DNA of 64,000 nt from Octopus sinensis (Eukaryota), in NCBI RefSeq assembly GCF_006345805.1, contig NC_043009.1, positions 66,030,001 to 66,094,000 of the forward strand. The letters are read 5' to 3'. This document shows, piece after piece, positions 25,726-39,159 of the stretch; position 1 is the first letter of the stretch; every line of letters starts with the position of its first letter. The position numbers were made by a program, and so were the translations under genes. The notes below the pieces were generated by a model. That model saw only the letters and a program-made list of their open reading frames with translations, was not told where the DNA came from and searched no databases.

Positions 25726-27149
25726 TATACAAACTAACAGACAGACAGGCAGGTAGATAGATAGATTAGACAAACAGACAGACAGACACATATACAAGAT
25801 GGCTGCCAACTCATTAATCAAGTATGGCTCTTCTCAGCTCTGACAGAATAGATATACATCGGCACCAAACTAGTTGGAAAACCAATGACAACACAAACTT
25901 GCAGACAATATAGAGTTGGGTGTTTTCAGCTGAGAACTACAAGAAAATGGTTAGAGAGAGTCTGTGAGTTGTGTGACTGTAAATGACTTAAGTCCAGCAA
26001 GAGATTTAGAACTTTTTCCTCACAGACAACATGAAAATGCTTAATTTCATACATGCATACATTGGACAGTTTGACAGGATCCAGCAGGTCAGAAGACTGT
26101 GTAGTGCCACAATGTCTGTTTTAGCATGGTTTCTATAACTAGGAGAGCCCTTCCTAACATGACCCACTTTACAGAGTGTACTGTCTGCTTTTCTGTATGA
26201 CCAGCATTAGAGAGGTTGCCAAGTAACTCACAAGGCAAAAGCCCCTTGATTAAGGAGGATGAAATATTTAGGGAGAAGGCCTGTGCCAGATGTTGAGAGG
26301 CAAGAGTATGTTAGAGGGAGAGGATCAAAGGTGTTGCTGAAGGGGAGACACATGGCTACCTCAGCTGGAAAAGAAAAGACAATGATGATGGGGATGAGGT
26401 GTCAGGACATACCTCCAAGATACAAGAGGGTGACTGTACGAGGGGGGAACAGAGGAACAGGTGAGGGGGGGGATAGGGACAAAGGATGAACTCGGTTCAC
26501 AAGAGTGTGAGGTGAGTGGCAGAGGTAGAGAATATAGGGATATGAGTGATGCAGTGAAAGCAAATAAGGGGCCTGGTACAGTCAAGGGTGACTATCAGCT
26601 TGGGAGAAGATGAAGGAAATAAAAGTTAGTCAAGAAGAAGGTGGGGGTTGGGGAGCAACACTGTAATAACCCTACCCACCCACCCTCCTGTATAGACAAA
26701 AAAATAGGGATATAAAGTGTGACAGAGAGGAAGGGGTGTGCGGTGACAAGGAGAAGATCAGAGATTTATAGTAGTGAATACTGAGAGAGGGGGAGAAAGA
26801 GGTGGAATAGAAAGAGAGAGAAAAACAAATAAGGGTGAGAAGGGTACTGATGGCCAATGTGAGATCTTGTTCAATGGTGGTATGGAATGGTATTAAGAAT
26901 GTAAGGTTGTTGCTATGGAAAGGTGCTATCTCCAAGGAGAGGGGAAACTGGTAGCGCACAAAAGTTAGTATTTGAACCTTTGCTCAGATATAATAATTAC
27001 AGTAGTTGAAATAGCACTGTAATTAGTAGGGAGGTGGATGGAAAATAGGTTGTGAGGAGAGCTTGGATGTAGGCGCAGAGACAGAAAGATACGGTTTTAG
27101 ATTCTTGTTGACCATCCAACATCAATTGTAACCCAACCCCATCGAATCT

Positions 27150-27590
27150 GGTTAGTTAGCTAGTTCTCTCCATGCCATAGGGCACAAAAGGCCACAACAT
27201 GATCTTTCCAACCAGCTCTGTTTTTCTGCCTCTGTTCTGGTCTCAATCCTGCTTCTCCACCTTTCACATCTCCTTTCCTTGTCAATGGCCCTTTGCATGT
27301 GGTTTTAAGGTGCCCCATTGATCTTTTCTCCTCAGGTGGCTACTTTAGTGCCACCATTGAATTCCTTTCTCGATTTTGTTTTGAGGATTTCTCGAGTCCA
27401 TTTCCAGAATCTGTCCCCTATTTTGTCACTGATCCTGTGTCAATGTCTGTTGTCATCTCATATGTGTAATTTTGGGATCTTTGCAATCACTTAATGTCAA
27501 GTATTCTCCTTAAGCATGTGAACTGGAAGCTGACCATTGCTTTCACTTCCACATCAAGACTGATGACACAAATGAGTTAATACTCCACCA
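27150..27590 (-). mobile_element. RTE/BovB-like LINE C-terminal remnant
   Basis: Minus MVSFQFTCLRRILDIK...RFWKW pattern typical of the RTE RT C-terminus. Confidence 0.6.
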
Positions 27591-27949
27591 AAGAACAACT
27601 GAGCCAATGACCCCTGCCACCACATCATGGGCACTACCCAATATAATGAACTTATAATGTTGACTACACTACACTGCAGCCTTCCACCAATCAGGCGTCA
27701 GCATTCTGCCAGCATCCTGTCCTGAGCACATGGGCCTAACAACAAAGAGAATGACTGGTGTTGCTTTTACAGTATGAATACCACATGAATGAAACTGACC
27801 AACAGGGACCGAACAACTGAGAGCCATCTTGAATCTATCTGAAATCTCTCACTATCCCAACATCTGACACAGTGCCTGATCAACCCAGTGAACAAAATAA
27901 GCATGTGCTTGGGGCCTCAAGGGTCGGGGGCACCACAGAAATGGTAAAT

Positions 27950-28100
27950 GGTTTACGGCACAAAAGAAATCACTTCAAACTTGCTAAAATAATATTCGTA
28001 ATGCCTCTATCTCTACTAAGTATAGAAGCAGAAGTTTTATGTGAAATTAATTTTAACGATATCATCAAAGACTTTGCAATTTAAAAAAAAAAATGGAGAA
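27950..28100 (+). mobile_element. hAT transposase C-terminal dimerisation-domain remnant
   Basis: LSLLSIEAEVLCEINFNDIIKDFAI resembles the hATC LSIE....INFDDIIKDFA.KK ending. Confidence 0.6.
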
Positions 28101-28194
28101 AACTTTCCAAATATAAATAAAATGGAAGCACACAAAAATAAACATTATTTTCCATTTTACTGTGAATTTTGTTTCATTTTGAAAAATGAAAATA

Positions 28195-28715
28195 TATATA
28201 TATATACTTATGTGTATATATACACACATATATATATACTTATATATGTGTATATATAAATATATATATATATACTTATATATGTGTATAAATAATATAT
28301 ATATATATACTTATATGTGTATAAATAAATTATATATATATATACTTATATATGTGTATAAATAAATATATATATATATATATATACTTATATGTGTATA
28401 AATAAATATATATATATACTTATATATGTGTATAAATAAATATATATATATTATATATGTGTATAAATAAATATATATATATATACTTATATGTGTATAA
28501 ATAAATATATATATATACTTATATATGTGTATAAATAAATATATATATATATATATACTTATATATGTGTATATATAAATATATATATACTTATATATGT
28601 GTATATATAAATATATATATACTTATATATGTGTATATATAAATATATATATATATATACTTATATATGTGTATATATAAATATATATATATATATACTT
28701 ATATATGTATATATA
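28195..28715. repeat. AT-rich minisatellite, variable unit of about 30-36 bp
   Basis: Repeated (ta)n-cttatatatgtgtata-aataaa units. Confidence 0.9.
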
Positions 28716-29243
28716 TAAATATATATACATACACACACACACACTCAATAACTTGACTCTTAGTCAGAATATATGTAACTTCTACAAATTGTCGCGTGCC
28801 ACCTTTCGTTTCTCTCTTCACTAGCATATATATTATTACACGATGGTACTCCAGCATGGCCACAACCGCCTGGCTGAAACACATTAAAGATTTGTGTATG
28901 TGTGTGTTATATTTATATAATTAAAACTAGATATATATTATACATGTAAAAAAGAAAGTGTCTATATAAATATGCACACATAAACATACACACATCCACA
29001 GACATTATGCTGTATATATATATCCGTTCAGGAAACTCCACGTTTCCTAGTTTAAAGGAGAAGCATAAACGAACTCAAAGACTGTTTCTGTTTCAGTCGA
29101 CAGTTCAAGACGATATAAACGGTGCCTAAACGATGTATGAAATTATATATATTCAACATTTCCAATATTTTTACGTATATAACCCTTTAACCTTTTATCT
29201 CTTAGTCTAAATTTATATAATGCACATGCCGACTACCACTAAT

Positions 29244-29328
<85 letters not shown>

Positions 29329-29334
29329 TATATA

Positions 29335-29711
29335 TAGTAATACCTCGCAGTACGAGTTTAATTCGTTCCATGAGCGAACTCGTCTTACGATTTACTCGTT
29401 TTACAAATCAATTTTCCTCGTTGAAATTAACTAAAATATAATTAATCCGTTCCGGACCCACCACAAAAACCCACTCAAAAATGTTTTTATGGGCTTTAAA
29501 ACAGGAAAGGTGTAGTAACAAGTAAAACGACAATTATTAAAAAAAAAGAGAATGCAAAATAAATGTTTTTATTAACCGAATTACCTGAAAGATAGGACGA
29601 TTTGTGCGCTCGTACTGCGGATTTCCGCTCGTACGTCAAGACAAAAATTCGCACGAGTCTCGGCTCGTACAGCAAATTAGGTTTAGGGCACTCGTACTGC
29701 GGGGTTCTGCT
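29335..29711. mobile_element. Tigger-type MITE
   Basis: Inverted ends agtaatacctcgcagtacgag / ctcgtactgcggggttctgct within TA runs. Confidence 0.75.
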
Positions 29712-29791
29712 TTATATATATATATATATATATTTCACTACCTTTTATTATGAGTTGTAATGCACCTGAACATTGTATACAATAAGTCTGT

Positions 29792-29834
<43 letters not shown>

Positions 29835-29954
29835 CCGGTAATGTTATCAGGAATTGGTTTAATTTTTAACAGAATTAGTGGATCGCAATCTCTTTGTTTG
29901 ATTAATATCATCAGCTGGTTCTTGTGATTCTTGTACAGGATCCAACCGGTATTA

Positions 29955-30100
29955 TTCCGCTGAGGTCGACTTTGCCTTTCATCTTTTCGGGGTTACGCAT
30001 TGGGGTCGGTGTAATCGACTTAATCCGTTTGTCTGTCTGTCCTTGTTTGTCACCCTCTGTGTTAAGCCCCTTGTGGGTAGTAAAGAAATAGGTATTATTT
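29955..30100 (+). mobile_element. 5'-truncated SINE family B
   Basis: ttccgctgaggtcgactttgcc...gtagtaaagaaataggtatt; atcc(t)aaccggtatt occurs on both sides. Confidence 0.8.
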
Positions 30101-30829
30101 CGTTAAAAACATCCTAACCGGTATTCTTCGGTGCTGTACAGGTATTCAACACACCTATTCTAAGGGCTAAGACAGTCCAACCATATTTTGGGGTTGATTC
30201 CGGTCTAAATTCTATGCTTGTTATTCAGGTTCTCGACTCCACTACACGTTGACCACACCCTCGTTGGTTTTCTTTTTTCTTCCCCTCTTCATACAAAGAC
30301 AGAAAACAAACGGACGTATAACCTCGTGTTCCGGCTTTACACACACACGTGTGTGTACGTGTGTGTATACGCACACTCACAAACACAACACATTATTCGA
30401 CTTGTACTTTCATTCATGCGTGTCCCTTCTCTGCGTGTGTCCAGGTAGACAAAGAGAGACACGCTCTTTACCTGTTACAGAGTGTGTAGGTGTGTCTGTG
30501 TATGTGTATGTAGATGGTTGGATTTATGAATGTCAATCTGTTCCCACAGATGTATATATATATTTTACTGTAAAAGCATGGGTTTTATTACAATTCATTA
30601 TCAAGGTTGTACGAACGTATAAATACAGATGCAAATGTATACACCACCATTCTACACACACACACACACGCAATCATTAATAAGGACGAGCGGGAGAAAG
30701 AGAAACCAGCAGGATAGACGATAAATAAAAAAACACGAGTGATAATAATAAAAGATAAAAGTGGAGTGTTGAAGATGATGGAGGAGAAAATAGCTGGTTT
30801 AATAATAATATAAGAGAATTTTTTTTTAC

Positions 30830-30889
30830 CTCGATGGTTTTGTATTGTGAACGTGACAGCTTTTGAGGAGCGCTGAGGGGAAAAGCCTC
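30830..30889 (-). CDS. Candidate 60-nt exon (EAFPLSAPQKLSRSQYKTIE, or GGFSPQRSSKAVTFTIQNHR in another frame)
   Basis: ttcaattaaag|...GAG|gtaaaa, symmetric length, unique CpG-rich context; frame unresolved. Confidence 0.18.
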
Positions 30890-30991
30890 CTTTAATTGAA
30901 AGACCGGGCGAGGTGCAAGGTAATTCGGACAAAAACAAACGGATTTCGTCGTTGTTTCGCTACTACTACTACTACTACTTACTGCAACATC

Positions 30992-31026
<35 letters not shown>

Positions 31027-31739
31027 CTTTGCATTCACTCACGCGCATATGCGAACCACACACACACGTGTGCATGTGCTTGTGGGTGTGTATGTGAATG
31101 CGTGTATATCACCGTCATCGTTTTAACGTCTACTTTTCCCACCTTGCATGGGTGAGACGGAATCCACTAAAGCTGATTTTCTACGGGTTGGATGCTCTTC
31201 CTGTTGCCGACCACTCACCTGTTTTCGAGCAAGGTAATATTTCCCCTTGGCCGGACGACAATGCTTGTATGGAGGTGACTCTCGCTTACAGCTATCCCGA
31301 TGGCAAGGCAACAAGACACGCACGCACGCGCACACATTTGAGGGGCTTCTTTCACCTTCTGTCGACCAAATCTCAATTTCGAAGGTTTTGGTAGGCTCAG
31401 TATAGAAGACACTCAACCAAAATACAGGACAAGTAAACACAGAGAAAGGACCCTTCATCAGTTGTCGGCTGTCTATCTACTCCTCATTTCGAGCATTCAA
31501 CGACAACGTGAATCTTCAAAGACAGTTGCTCCCATAAATTCTAAAATAAAATTTAGGATTTATGTTGGCGGGGGGGAGGGGGTCAAAGTTGGGAAGAAAA
31601 GCAGGACAGTGGAAACATACAAGGAAACCGAATGGAAACAATCATGGAGGATCGTTAGGCCAAAACGAGAGGAAAATATACTGTAAGAAAGAAAATGGAG
31701 AATTATGGACGTATTGATAATTTATCTGCATGATATAAA

Positions 31740-31943
31740 GATGCTTTACCACCAATTTTCCCCATTTTTAATGCATTTTTGGCATATATAAGGGAAGTAA
31801 CTCTCTAAAAATTTATTATTAAATCTCAGAACGTAAAAAGCTACAGTAACACCTCCCGCTTGGCTATTATACTTTACATCTCTAAAAATGCTTATATAGT
31901 TATTTCCCTTACAAACCCGAGCAACGCCGGGCGATACTGCTAG
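31740..31943 (+). mobile_element. Non-autonomous Helitron 3' end
   Basis: Hairpin cccg-agcaacgc-cggg, then CTAG|t; identical to the end of the 37764 copy. Confidence 0.8.
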
Positions 31944-32747
31944 TAAATTATAAATTGTAAAGCTCTAAAAAAGAAATGGCAGATGCCAAAAACCTACATA
32001 TATGTTTCTATTCCTGCCCCTGGGTGATACATAATTCTAAGCATTTGGGTAAGGTCATATACTAGGAATTGTTATCATTTTCAACTATAAGGGGGCAGAA
32101 TCTTATCAGGGTTTTATGAGCTTATATTACAAAGGTTAACATATTTCTTGAAAGGATGCAGAGAAATTATATTTGTCTGCATCCTTTCAATAAGCTCTTA
32201 AAGCCCTGATGAAATTCTGCCCCATTCTCCTTATATGATAGAGATTAACCAGTGGAAATTTTTGGAGTATTTAATCCCTAATGAGGACCCGACATCCTCG
32301 AAACGACCAAAATAGGGAGTAATAAACAGCTGATAACTGAGGAGGGGTTACACTTCTTTTGGTATTTTGTCCCCTACTTGTATCTTGTTATGCGTTTACG
32401 TATCTTTCGCTAGTTGCTGATGTCCTGGTCTTATTGTGCATTTTTTGGTATTTTGTCCTCTACTTATCTCTCATGTGTTTACGTGTTTTTCGCTCATTCA
32501 TGATGTCCTCTACTCAAAGTCTATTTTCTATTTATATATATATATATAGCACCAGGTGGTGCTATAAAGTTAGACATGGCCTGGGTCTGTACTGGCCGAA
32601 ACCTATCAAAGTTAGGAAGGGCATCAAGCTGTAGAAACACTGCCAGATCTGACTGGGCCTAGTGCAGCCTTTGGGCTTCCCAGACCCCAGTTGAACCGTC
32701 CAACCCATGCTAGCATGGAAAGCGGACGTTAAACGATGATGATGATG

Positions 32748-32769
<22 letters not shown>

Positions 32770-32778
<9 letters not shown>

Positions 32779-32930
32779 GGGAGAGTTTACGAAAAAAACA
32801 AAAGACGAAGACAGGTGGTGTACAAAACAAACAGATGTATTAGTATAACGCTCAGGAATAGAAAAAGTCTTTTACGTTTCGAGCCTACGCACTTCTACAG
32901 AAAGAGACACAGAAAAAACAATGTGTGAAG
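32770..32930 (-). mobile_element. PLE-like pLTR fragment
   Basis: Contains a hammerhead-shaped motif; sits in a cluster of PLE-like relics at 32.0-33.4 kb. Confidence 0.5.
32868..32905 (-). ncRNA. Minimal hammerhead ribozyme-like motif, A6U core variant
   Basis: UCUUU-CUGUAGA-A-GUGC-GUAG-GCUC-GAAAC-GUA^AAAGA: 5-bp stem I, 3/4 stem II, palindromic ACGU in place of stem III. Confidence 0.5.
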
Positions 32931-35900
32931 TGGCTAACGATCTATCATGGCGACTATATATATATATATACCAAATAAAATTTAAAACTGAACACAAAGG
33001 ATATCGCTGTACACGCGTTTCAAGCTTTATAAACGACCTGTTCTTACATCAGTGTATAATTGATATAAAAGATGGTTTAAAGCTCTCTTCAGCCGCTAAC
33101 ATTGTTATTCCAAAGAGTTACATCACACTATAAAAAATATGAAAAGTATATGTAGTATTACCCATAATAATAGGTATATCATATCTCCCTGAGAAAGTGT
33201 ATTTGTAAAATTTCCTAACTGTATAAATGTATAAAGATTCATTGGATTTGGAAAATCTGCCCATACTGTAGCACCAGTCAACATAGAGAGAGTGAATGTT
33301 AAATAGATTGGAATGGGTTTATATTCAATTCTCTTGTATAAGATAGGAAGGGAAATAAGATAGAAAGAAAAAAAAAAAAGGAAAATGGAGAGAAAAAAAA
33401 TAAACGTTAGAAAATAAAAAATAAGAAATAAGGGGCAAGGGAACTGGAAGTAAAAGACAATGGAAGCTTCCATTGTCTTTTCCTTCCAGTACCCTTGGCT
33501 GCAATCAAAGGATTAAAGAAAGTAAAAAATAAAAGATGAAGACAAGACAGGTGTGAAATGATTTCAAAAAATGTGGCAAAAGTACTGAGAATGATCCAGT
33601 GTTTGCAGAAGACATTCAATGATTCCGATCCAATTGCAGAGAATTCTATTGGTGAAGAATGTATCAGTAATATGGATGCCAACAGTGAAGAATGCATTTC
33701 CAAGCTTTGACAACATTGATTTACCTTTTGAATATACTTTCAAGGTCTACATTCTGTGAACGATGATTAAATAAATTCTTAAGATGCATTTTTCTTCTTC
33801 TTCTTTCTTATTCTACTTACTATATACAATAGCATATGCCAAGCACTGAAATACCAATTTCTCTAAGAATGCATTCAGCTTTCTTTCTACATATTCCTAT
33901 TGTTTGTTGCATATTATAATATTCAAGGAAATTTTGCTTTGACTGCATGAACTTATCTTTCTATAGGAATTCATTCACATTTAGTAAACTTAGCTGATGG
34001 TTCTAGTCAGTTTTTATCAATGTATTTGGTTTTGTCTGCATATACCAGAATTCATTGATGGCAGTCTATTTTTTTGGTAAACCAAATTTAATCTAGTTTC
34101 CTTTAAAGATTAGTGTTGAGTTATTTTTTAAGATTTCATAATTTATACCAGCATTCAGTCACAATATTGTATTTACAAGCACAGAATCATATATTTTCAA
34201 CTACAAAATAAATTTAAAATGTTGTATGTTGAAGCATACTAAAATTATTTCTATAAAATATTGGTAAAATAGGGGAACAGTAGTGTTATTAAGAGTGTTC
34301 TTTTTATAAGCCAACCAACATGGTATGTGTGTGTGTGTGTGTGTGTGTGTATGTATCATCATCATCATCATTGTCGCTTAACGTCCGCTTTCCTTCCTGG
34401 CATGGGTCGAACGGTTTCACTGACTGGTGAGCCAGAAGACTGCACCCGGCTCCAATCTGATCTGGCAGAGTTTCTACAGCTGGATGCCCTTCCTAACGCC
34501 AACTACTCCAAGAGTGTAGTGGGTGCTTTTACGTGCCACCAGCACGAGGACCATTCAGGTGGTACTGTGGCAACAACAACACTCAAATGGTGTTATTTAC
34601 ATGCCACCTGCACAGGAGCCAGTCCCGTAGCACTGGCAACAACCATGCTTGAATGGTGTTTTTCACATGCCAAGTTTGGCACGCATTCATTCAGCCTGTT
34701 TTGCCAGACAGCTAAGCAATGCGGACATAAACAAACCAACACCTGCTGCCAAGCAGGGTGAGGCAAATTCCAACACAAACACACACAAGTGTGTGTGCGT
34801 GTATATGTAAATATATATATGTGTATATACACACACACACACACAATGACATACTTCCAGTTTCCATCTATGAAATTTCCTCACATAGCACTAGTCAGTC
34901 CTGGGATATAATGGAAAACACTTGCCCAAGGTGCTGTGCTGAGGGATTGAACCAGAGACAACATGGTTGCAAAGTGAGCTTATTAAGCGCTCATGCATTG
35001 ATCATGAAAAATGCATCTCTGGGGAATTTTCCCCAGATCATTATATGGTTCGAGAGAGAGAGTGGGGAGACAGAGAGAGGGAGGGAGAGACAGACAGTCA
35101 GAGAGTGGGAGGAAGAGAAAGACAGACAGACAGAGAGAGAGAGGGAGGGAGGGAACGACAGACAGACAGTGAGAGGGAGGGAGAGACAGACAGACAGAGG
35201 GAGGGAGGGAGAGACAGACAGACAGACAGACAGAGAGAGGGAGGGAGAGACAGACAGACAGAGAGAGGGAGGGAGAAACAGACAGACAGAGAGAGAGACA
35301 GGCAGACAGACAGAGAGTGAGACAGAAAGAGAGACAGACAGACAGAGACAGAGAAAGAGAGAAATACACATATATATCTTCATACTTATGTACATACACA
35401 CACACACACATATACGTGCATATGCCCCCCCTCCCCCATTTTATATATTTCTCATGAAAAATGCATCTCCGGGTAATTTTCCCCTGGTCATTGTGTGTGC
35501 GTGATAGAGAGACAGACAGACAGACAGAGAGAGATAGGGAGAGATAGGGAGATAGATATATATACAGAGAGAGAGAGATTGGTTTTGCTGGATCAAGTGA
35601 TCAAACATGTTTACGATATCTTTCTTAAAAGTGTGAGCGCGCGCGCGCATGTATTCCAGTCCTTTTTACACACTGGAAAATACCGAGAAAATGCTAACGA
35701 TGTTTTGAGGGATCTCCCAGGCTTGCTCTCCTCTCTCCAGCCTCACCCAAAATTCCCCCCCTCTCTCTCTCTCTCCCACACACACCACATCTTTGTTATT
35801 TTACCCTTTCTTTCGCATAACACTCCACAATTCTTCATCCTTTTGTCCTCCTGTCCGGCTATTTCCTCCAACTCACCATAACCCACCCCCTATATTTTCC

Positions 35901-36394
35901 CTGCTTCATCTCCATACAGTCCTTCGTGTCTCTGAACTGCCCTTGTCTCTCCTCATCTTCTGCCCTATATCCTGCGCGAACGAGAAAGCCTTTGAGGTGG
36001 ACGCTCGATTCTCTAGAAACAACAGCCAAATGACACTTTATTGTTTTCAAAAACATAAAAGCATATGACAATGTAGTATCAGATATACTCTTTGAGTAAA
36101 AGACGAGGGGGTTGCCGACCAGGGTCTAAACAACAATTCTGTTTACCTCATGACCGTTGCTCTTCTCTCAAATTCTCTTTAGTATTTCAAATGAGGATTT
36201 CCCCCAATGCCAATCCACCTACCGACATGTATCCATCTGTTAAGCAATGATTCAATATATATATATCTATATATGTATCTCTCCATCCATTAATCTATCT
36301 AACTACCTATCTATCTTCCTATCTATCTGGCTATACAAACAATTATTCACGAATTCACCTCTTGCTGTCCTCTATTCTCATAACCTTATCAATC

Positions 36395-36437
<43 letters not shown>

Positions 36438-37264
36438 AAATAAATAGATATTGTGTTAATGTTTGTTGAAGAATTACTCAGTACACGTTTATTAAACTTC
36501 GAAGCTTTTCCTTGTAAAAGTGTACGCGCGTGTGGGTCGTTCTTTTCATGTTGTTTGATGTTAATAATTACATAGGTATAATCCAATGCTGTTTAGATCT
36601 AAGTCAGCCTCGATTGTACAGAATTAAGATTAATTTAAGGTGTTCGAGCCCTAAATTAATCCTGCCTTTTGTAAAGTACGATGCATTGTATGTAGGACGA
36701 CAGCATTCAATGCATATTCCGAAGCAGAATGCAATTTGGCTGTTATTTCTAGCAAAGACGAGCAACAGCATTCTAAAACCTCGTTTGTTGACTCGCCTAA
36801 TTCACAGTTTTTATTTAGCCCCAGGTCAGCGACGATCGATCTACAAAAGCGATCTATCTGTGTCCATTCCGTCTTTGTTATTTATTTATTTTTTTTTTTT
36901 TTGTTCAAACTGTATCTTAGACAGTTGTGGTTTGAGGGAGATTTATGACTGCGGCGAGGTGTTACCTGGTTCGCTCGATAATCCGTATTTGAATAGCACG
37001 GAGTTTCTCTTAGAATGTGTATAACTTGTATTAGTGGAGTAAAAAAAAAAATTTAGAAAAAATATCTTCACGAGCTGTAATGAACGACAGGTGAAGAAAA
37101 AAGTACCCGGAAAGTAGTTACCTACTTTCACTTTAGCGAGTATTTTTATAATTTATTTCCTCTGTCCCCGGTTTTCTATCGATCCCACCCACCATTTAAT
37201 TCCCTATACCATTTAAATCCTTCGATTAATCCCGTGGGTGTTACATTCCAAAACCTCATACAGA

Positions 37265-37414
37265 AATAATTAAAATCTAAAAAAATATAAATACCGCAGA
37301 AACCCGCGATATACTGAGGAGTCCGCAATATAAATTTACATATATTAGCCAGAAAAATCCGCGATGCACTGAGAGCGCGATAGGTGAACCGCGATATGGC
37401 GAAGGATTACTGTA
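37265..37414. mobile_element. Tigger/pogo-type terminal inverted repeat end
   Basis: gataggtgaaccgcgatatggcgaaggattactg+TA. Confidence 0.65.
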
Positions 37415-37763
37415 TATTTATAGATAAATGGATATGTGAATGTTTGTATGTCAAGTTATATATCTTTTACCTTTTACTTGTTTCAGTATTTGGTCTGCGG
37501 CCATGTTGGGGCACCACCTTGAAGGGTTTTAGTCAAACAAATCGACCCCAGTACTTGTTTTCTTTTTCTAAGCCTGGTTTATATTCTATCGGTCTCCTTT
37601 GCCCCACCGCTAAGTTTCGCAGACGTAAACAAACAAACTAACAATTCAACATTAAACTGAAGGATTACTCTGTACTTCAAGTAGAGTACATGTTTGTTAA
37701 ACTCCGCAGTCACTCAACTTTTTCCAACCATAACTTTAACTTCACGTGTAATATTATAATTTA

Positions 37764-38164
37764 CTAGCAGTATCGCCCGGCGTTGCTCGGGTTTGTAAGG
37801 AAAATAACTATATAAGTATTTTTAGAGAGTTATAGCCAAAAAATAGCAAAAAAAATGCATTAAAAATGGAAAAAAAATGATGGTAAATTTTTATTAAAAT
37901 CGTTGACTCATCGTAGACATTTTTAGAGAGTTACTTCCCTTATATAATAGCGAAAAAAATGCATTAAAATGGAAAAAATGATGGTAATTTTTTTTTTTAT
38001 CGTAGACTCAGCGTAGACGCGCGCTAATACCCAGAAGGGCTCGATATGAATCACGACTATAAGATACCCGGTTTTGGTTAAACTGCACCGCAAAATGTGG
38101 GAGTAGTTAGGAATCTAAATCGTAGGAGACAGACACACAACCTTACTTTTATATATAAAGAAGA
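37764..38164 (-). mobile_element. Complete non-autonomous Helitron (401 bp)
   Basis: Minus strand a|TCTTCTTTATATATAAAAG ... cccgagcaacgccggg hairpin ... CTAG|t: TC start, CTRR end, A|T target, no TSD. Confidence 0.85.
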
Positions 38165-38291
38165 TTTCATGGTTTATCACAAGTTACTGTTGTTTGTGTG
38201 CACAAGAAGATATCATAGAATAGCGATGCAGTTGTATTTTAGGGTGGCTACCCATCGCTTTACCGTTTTCCACTACAGGTTGCTACTCCGA

Positions 38292-38710
38292 ATAAGGCGG
38301 CGAGCTGGCAGAAACGTCAGCACGCCGGGCGAAATGCTTAGCGGTATTTCGTCTGTCTTTATGTTCTGAGTTCAAATTCCGTCGAGGTCGACTTTGCCTT
38401 TCATCCTTTCGGGGTCGATTAAATAAGTACCAGTTGCGCACTAGAGTCGATATAATCGACTTAATCCCTTTGTCACTCCTTGTTTGTCCCCTCTGTGTTT
38501 AGCCCCTTGTGGGTAATAAAGAAATAGGTATTTCGTCTGCCGTTACGTTCTGAGTTCAAATTCCGCTGAGGTCGACTTTGCCTTTCATCCTTTCGGGGGT
38601 CGATTAAATAAGTACCAGTTACGCACTAGGGTCGATATAATCGACTTAATCCGTTTGTCTGTCCTTGTTTGTCCTCTCTGTGTTTAGCCCCTTGTGGGAA
38701 GTAAAGAAAT
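38292..38710 (+). mobile_element. SINE family B dimer with a 15-bp TSD
   Basis: Same aggtatttcgtc junction as the trimer; aggttg(c/t)tactccga at 38277 and 38711. Confidence 0.9.
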
Positions 38711-39159
38711 AGGTTGTTACTCCGAGATTCTAGTCGACCTTCGAACCTAGGGATTGTAAATTGAACTAAGAACGTAGAACGGTTAAATATCAGTCGTTTG
38801 GAGAATGGGGGGGGGGGAAACAAGCATGACAACTTGTAGTAACGAGATTCCAATAAATTACAAACAACCCATGTTTCTCGTAGCAAGAACTTCTCTCTCA
38901 TATACACACATATACACAGATATATTCACAGTTACGTTTGCGTGTGTATAGGTTCTCTGACTATAAACTCTACCAGCGTCCACACCAGCGAACAGTCGCC
39001 TCCTTATCACATTGTACCATCAATAGATCCAATCAGGTCAACGTCAAAGAAAGATTCATTCCCAGCATCCAAGTTCAACAAAGAATGATTTAATTAAGTG
39101 CTATAAACACCGAGATGGAACGTTAAGACAGATCGATACTTTCCTTTACGTTGTCGCTC

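Noticed and set aside
25794-25825. YY1-like AAGATGGCTGCC as a start codon/promoter
   Set aside because: CpG-poor context, stop within 15 codons, no supporting downstream exon
26230-27080. Possible PLE or other non-LTR RT relic
   Set aside because: Purine-rich and too decayed to show diagnostic motifs by eye; needs tBLASTn
32275-32320. Hammerhead-like CUAAUGA...GAAAC-GAC
   Set aside because: G5 and U16.1 are both altered and stem I is not contiguous; at most a dead relic
33557-33709. 51-codon ORF MISKNVAKVLRMIQ...EECISKL
   Set aside because: No recognisable family; lies in an AT-rich, probably TE-derived stretch
36530-37024. 164-aa ORF
   Set aside because: Crosses a family C repeat fragment and a poly-T run; no domain signal
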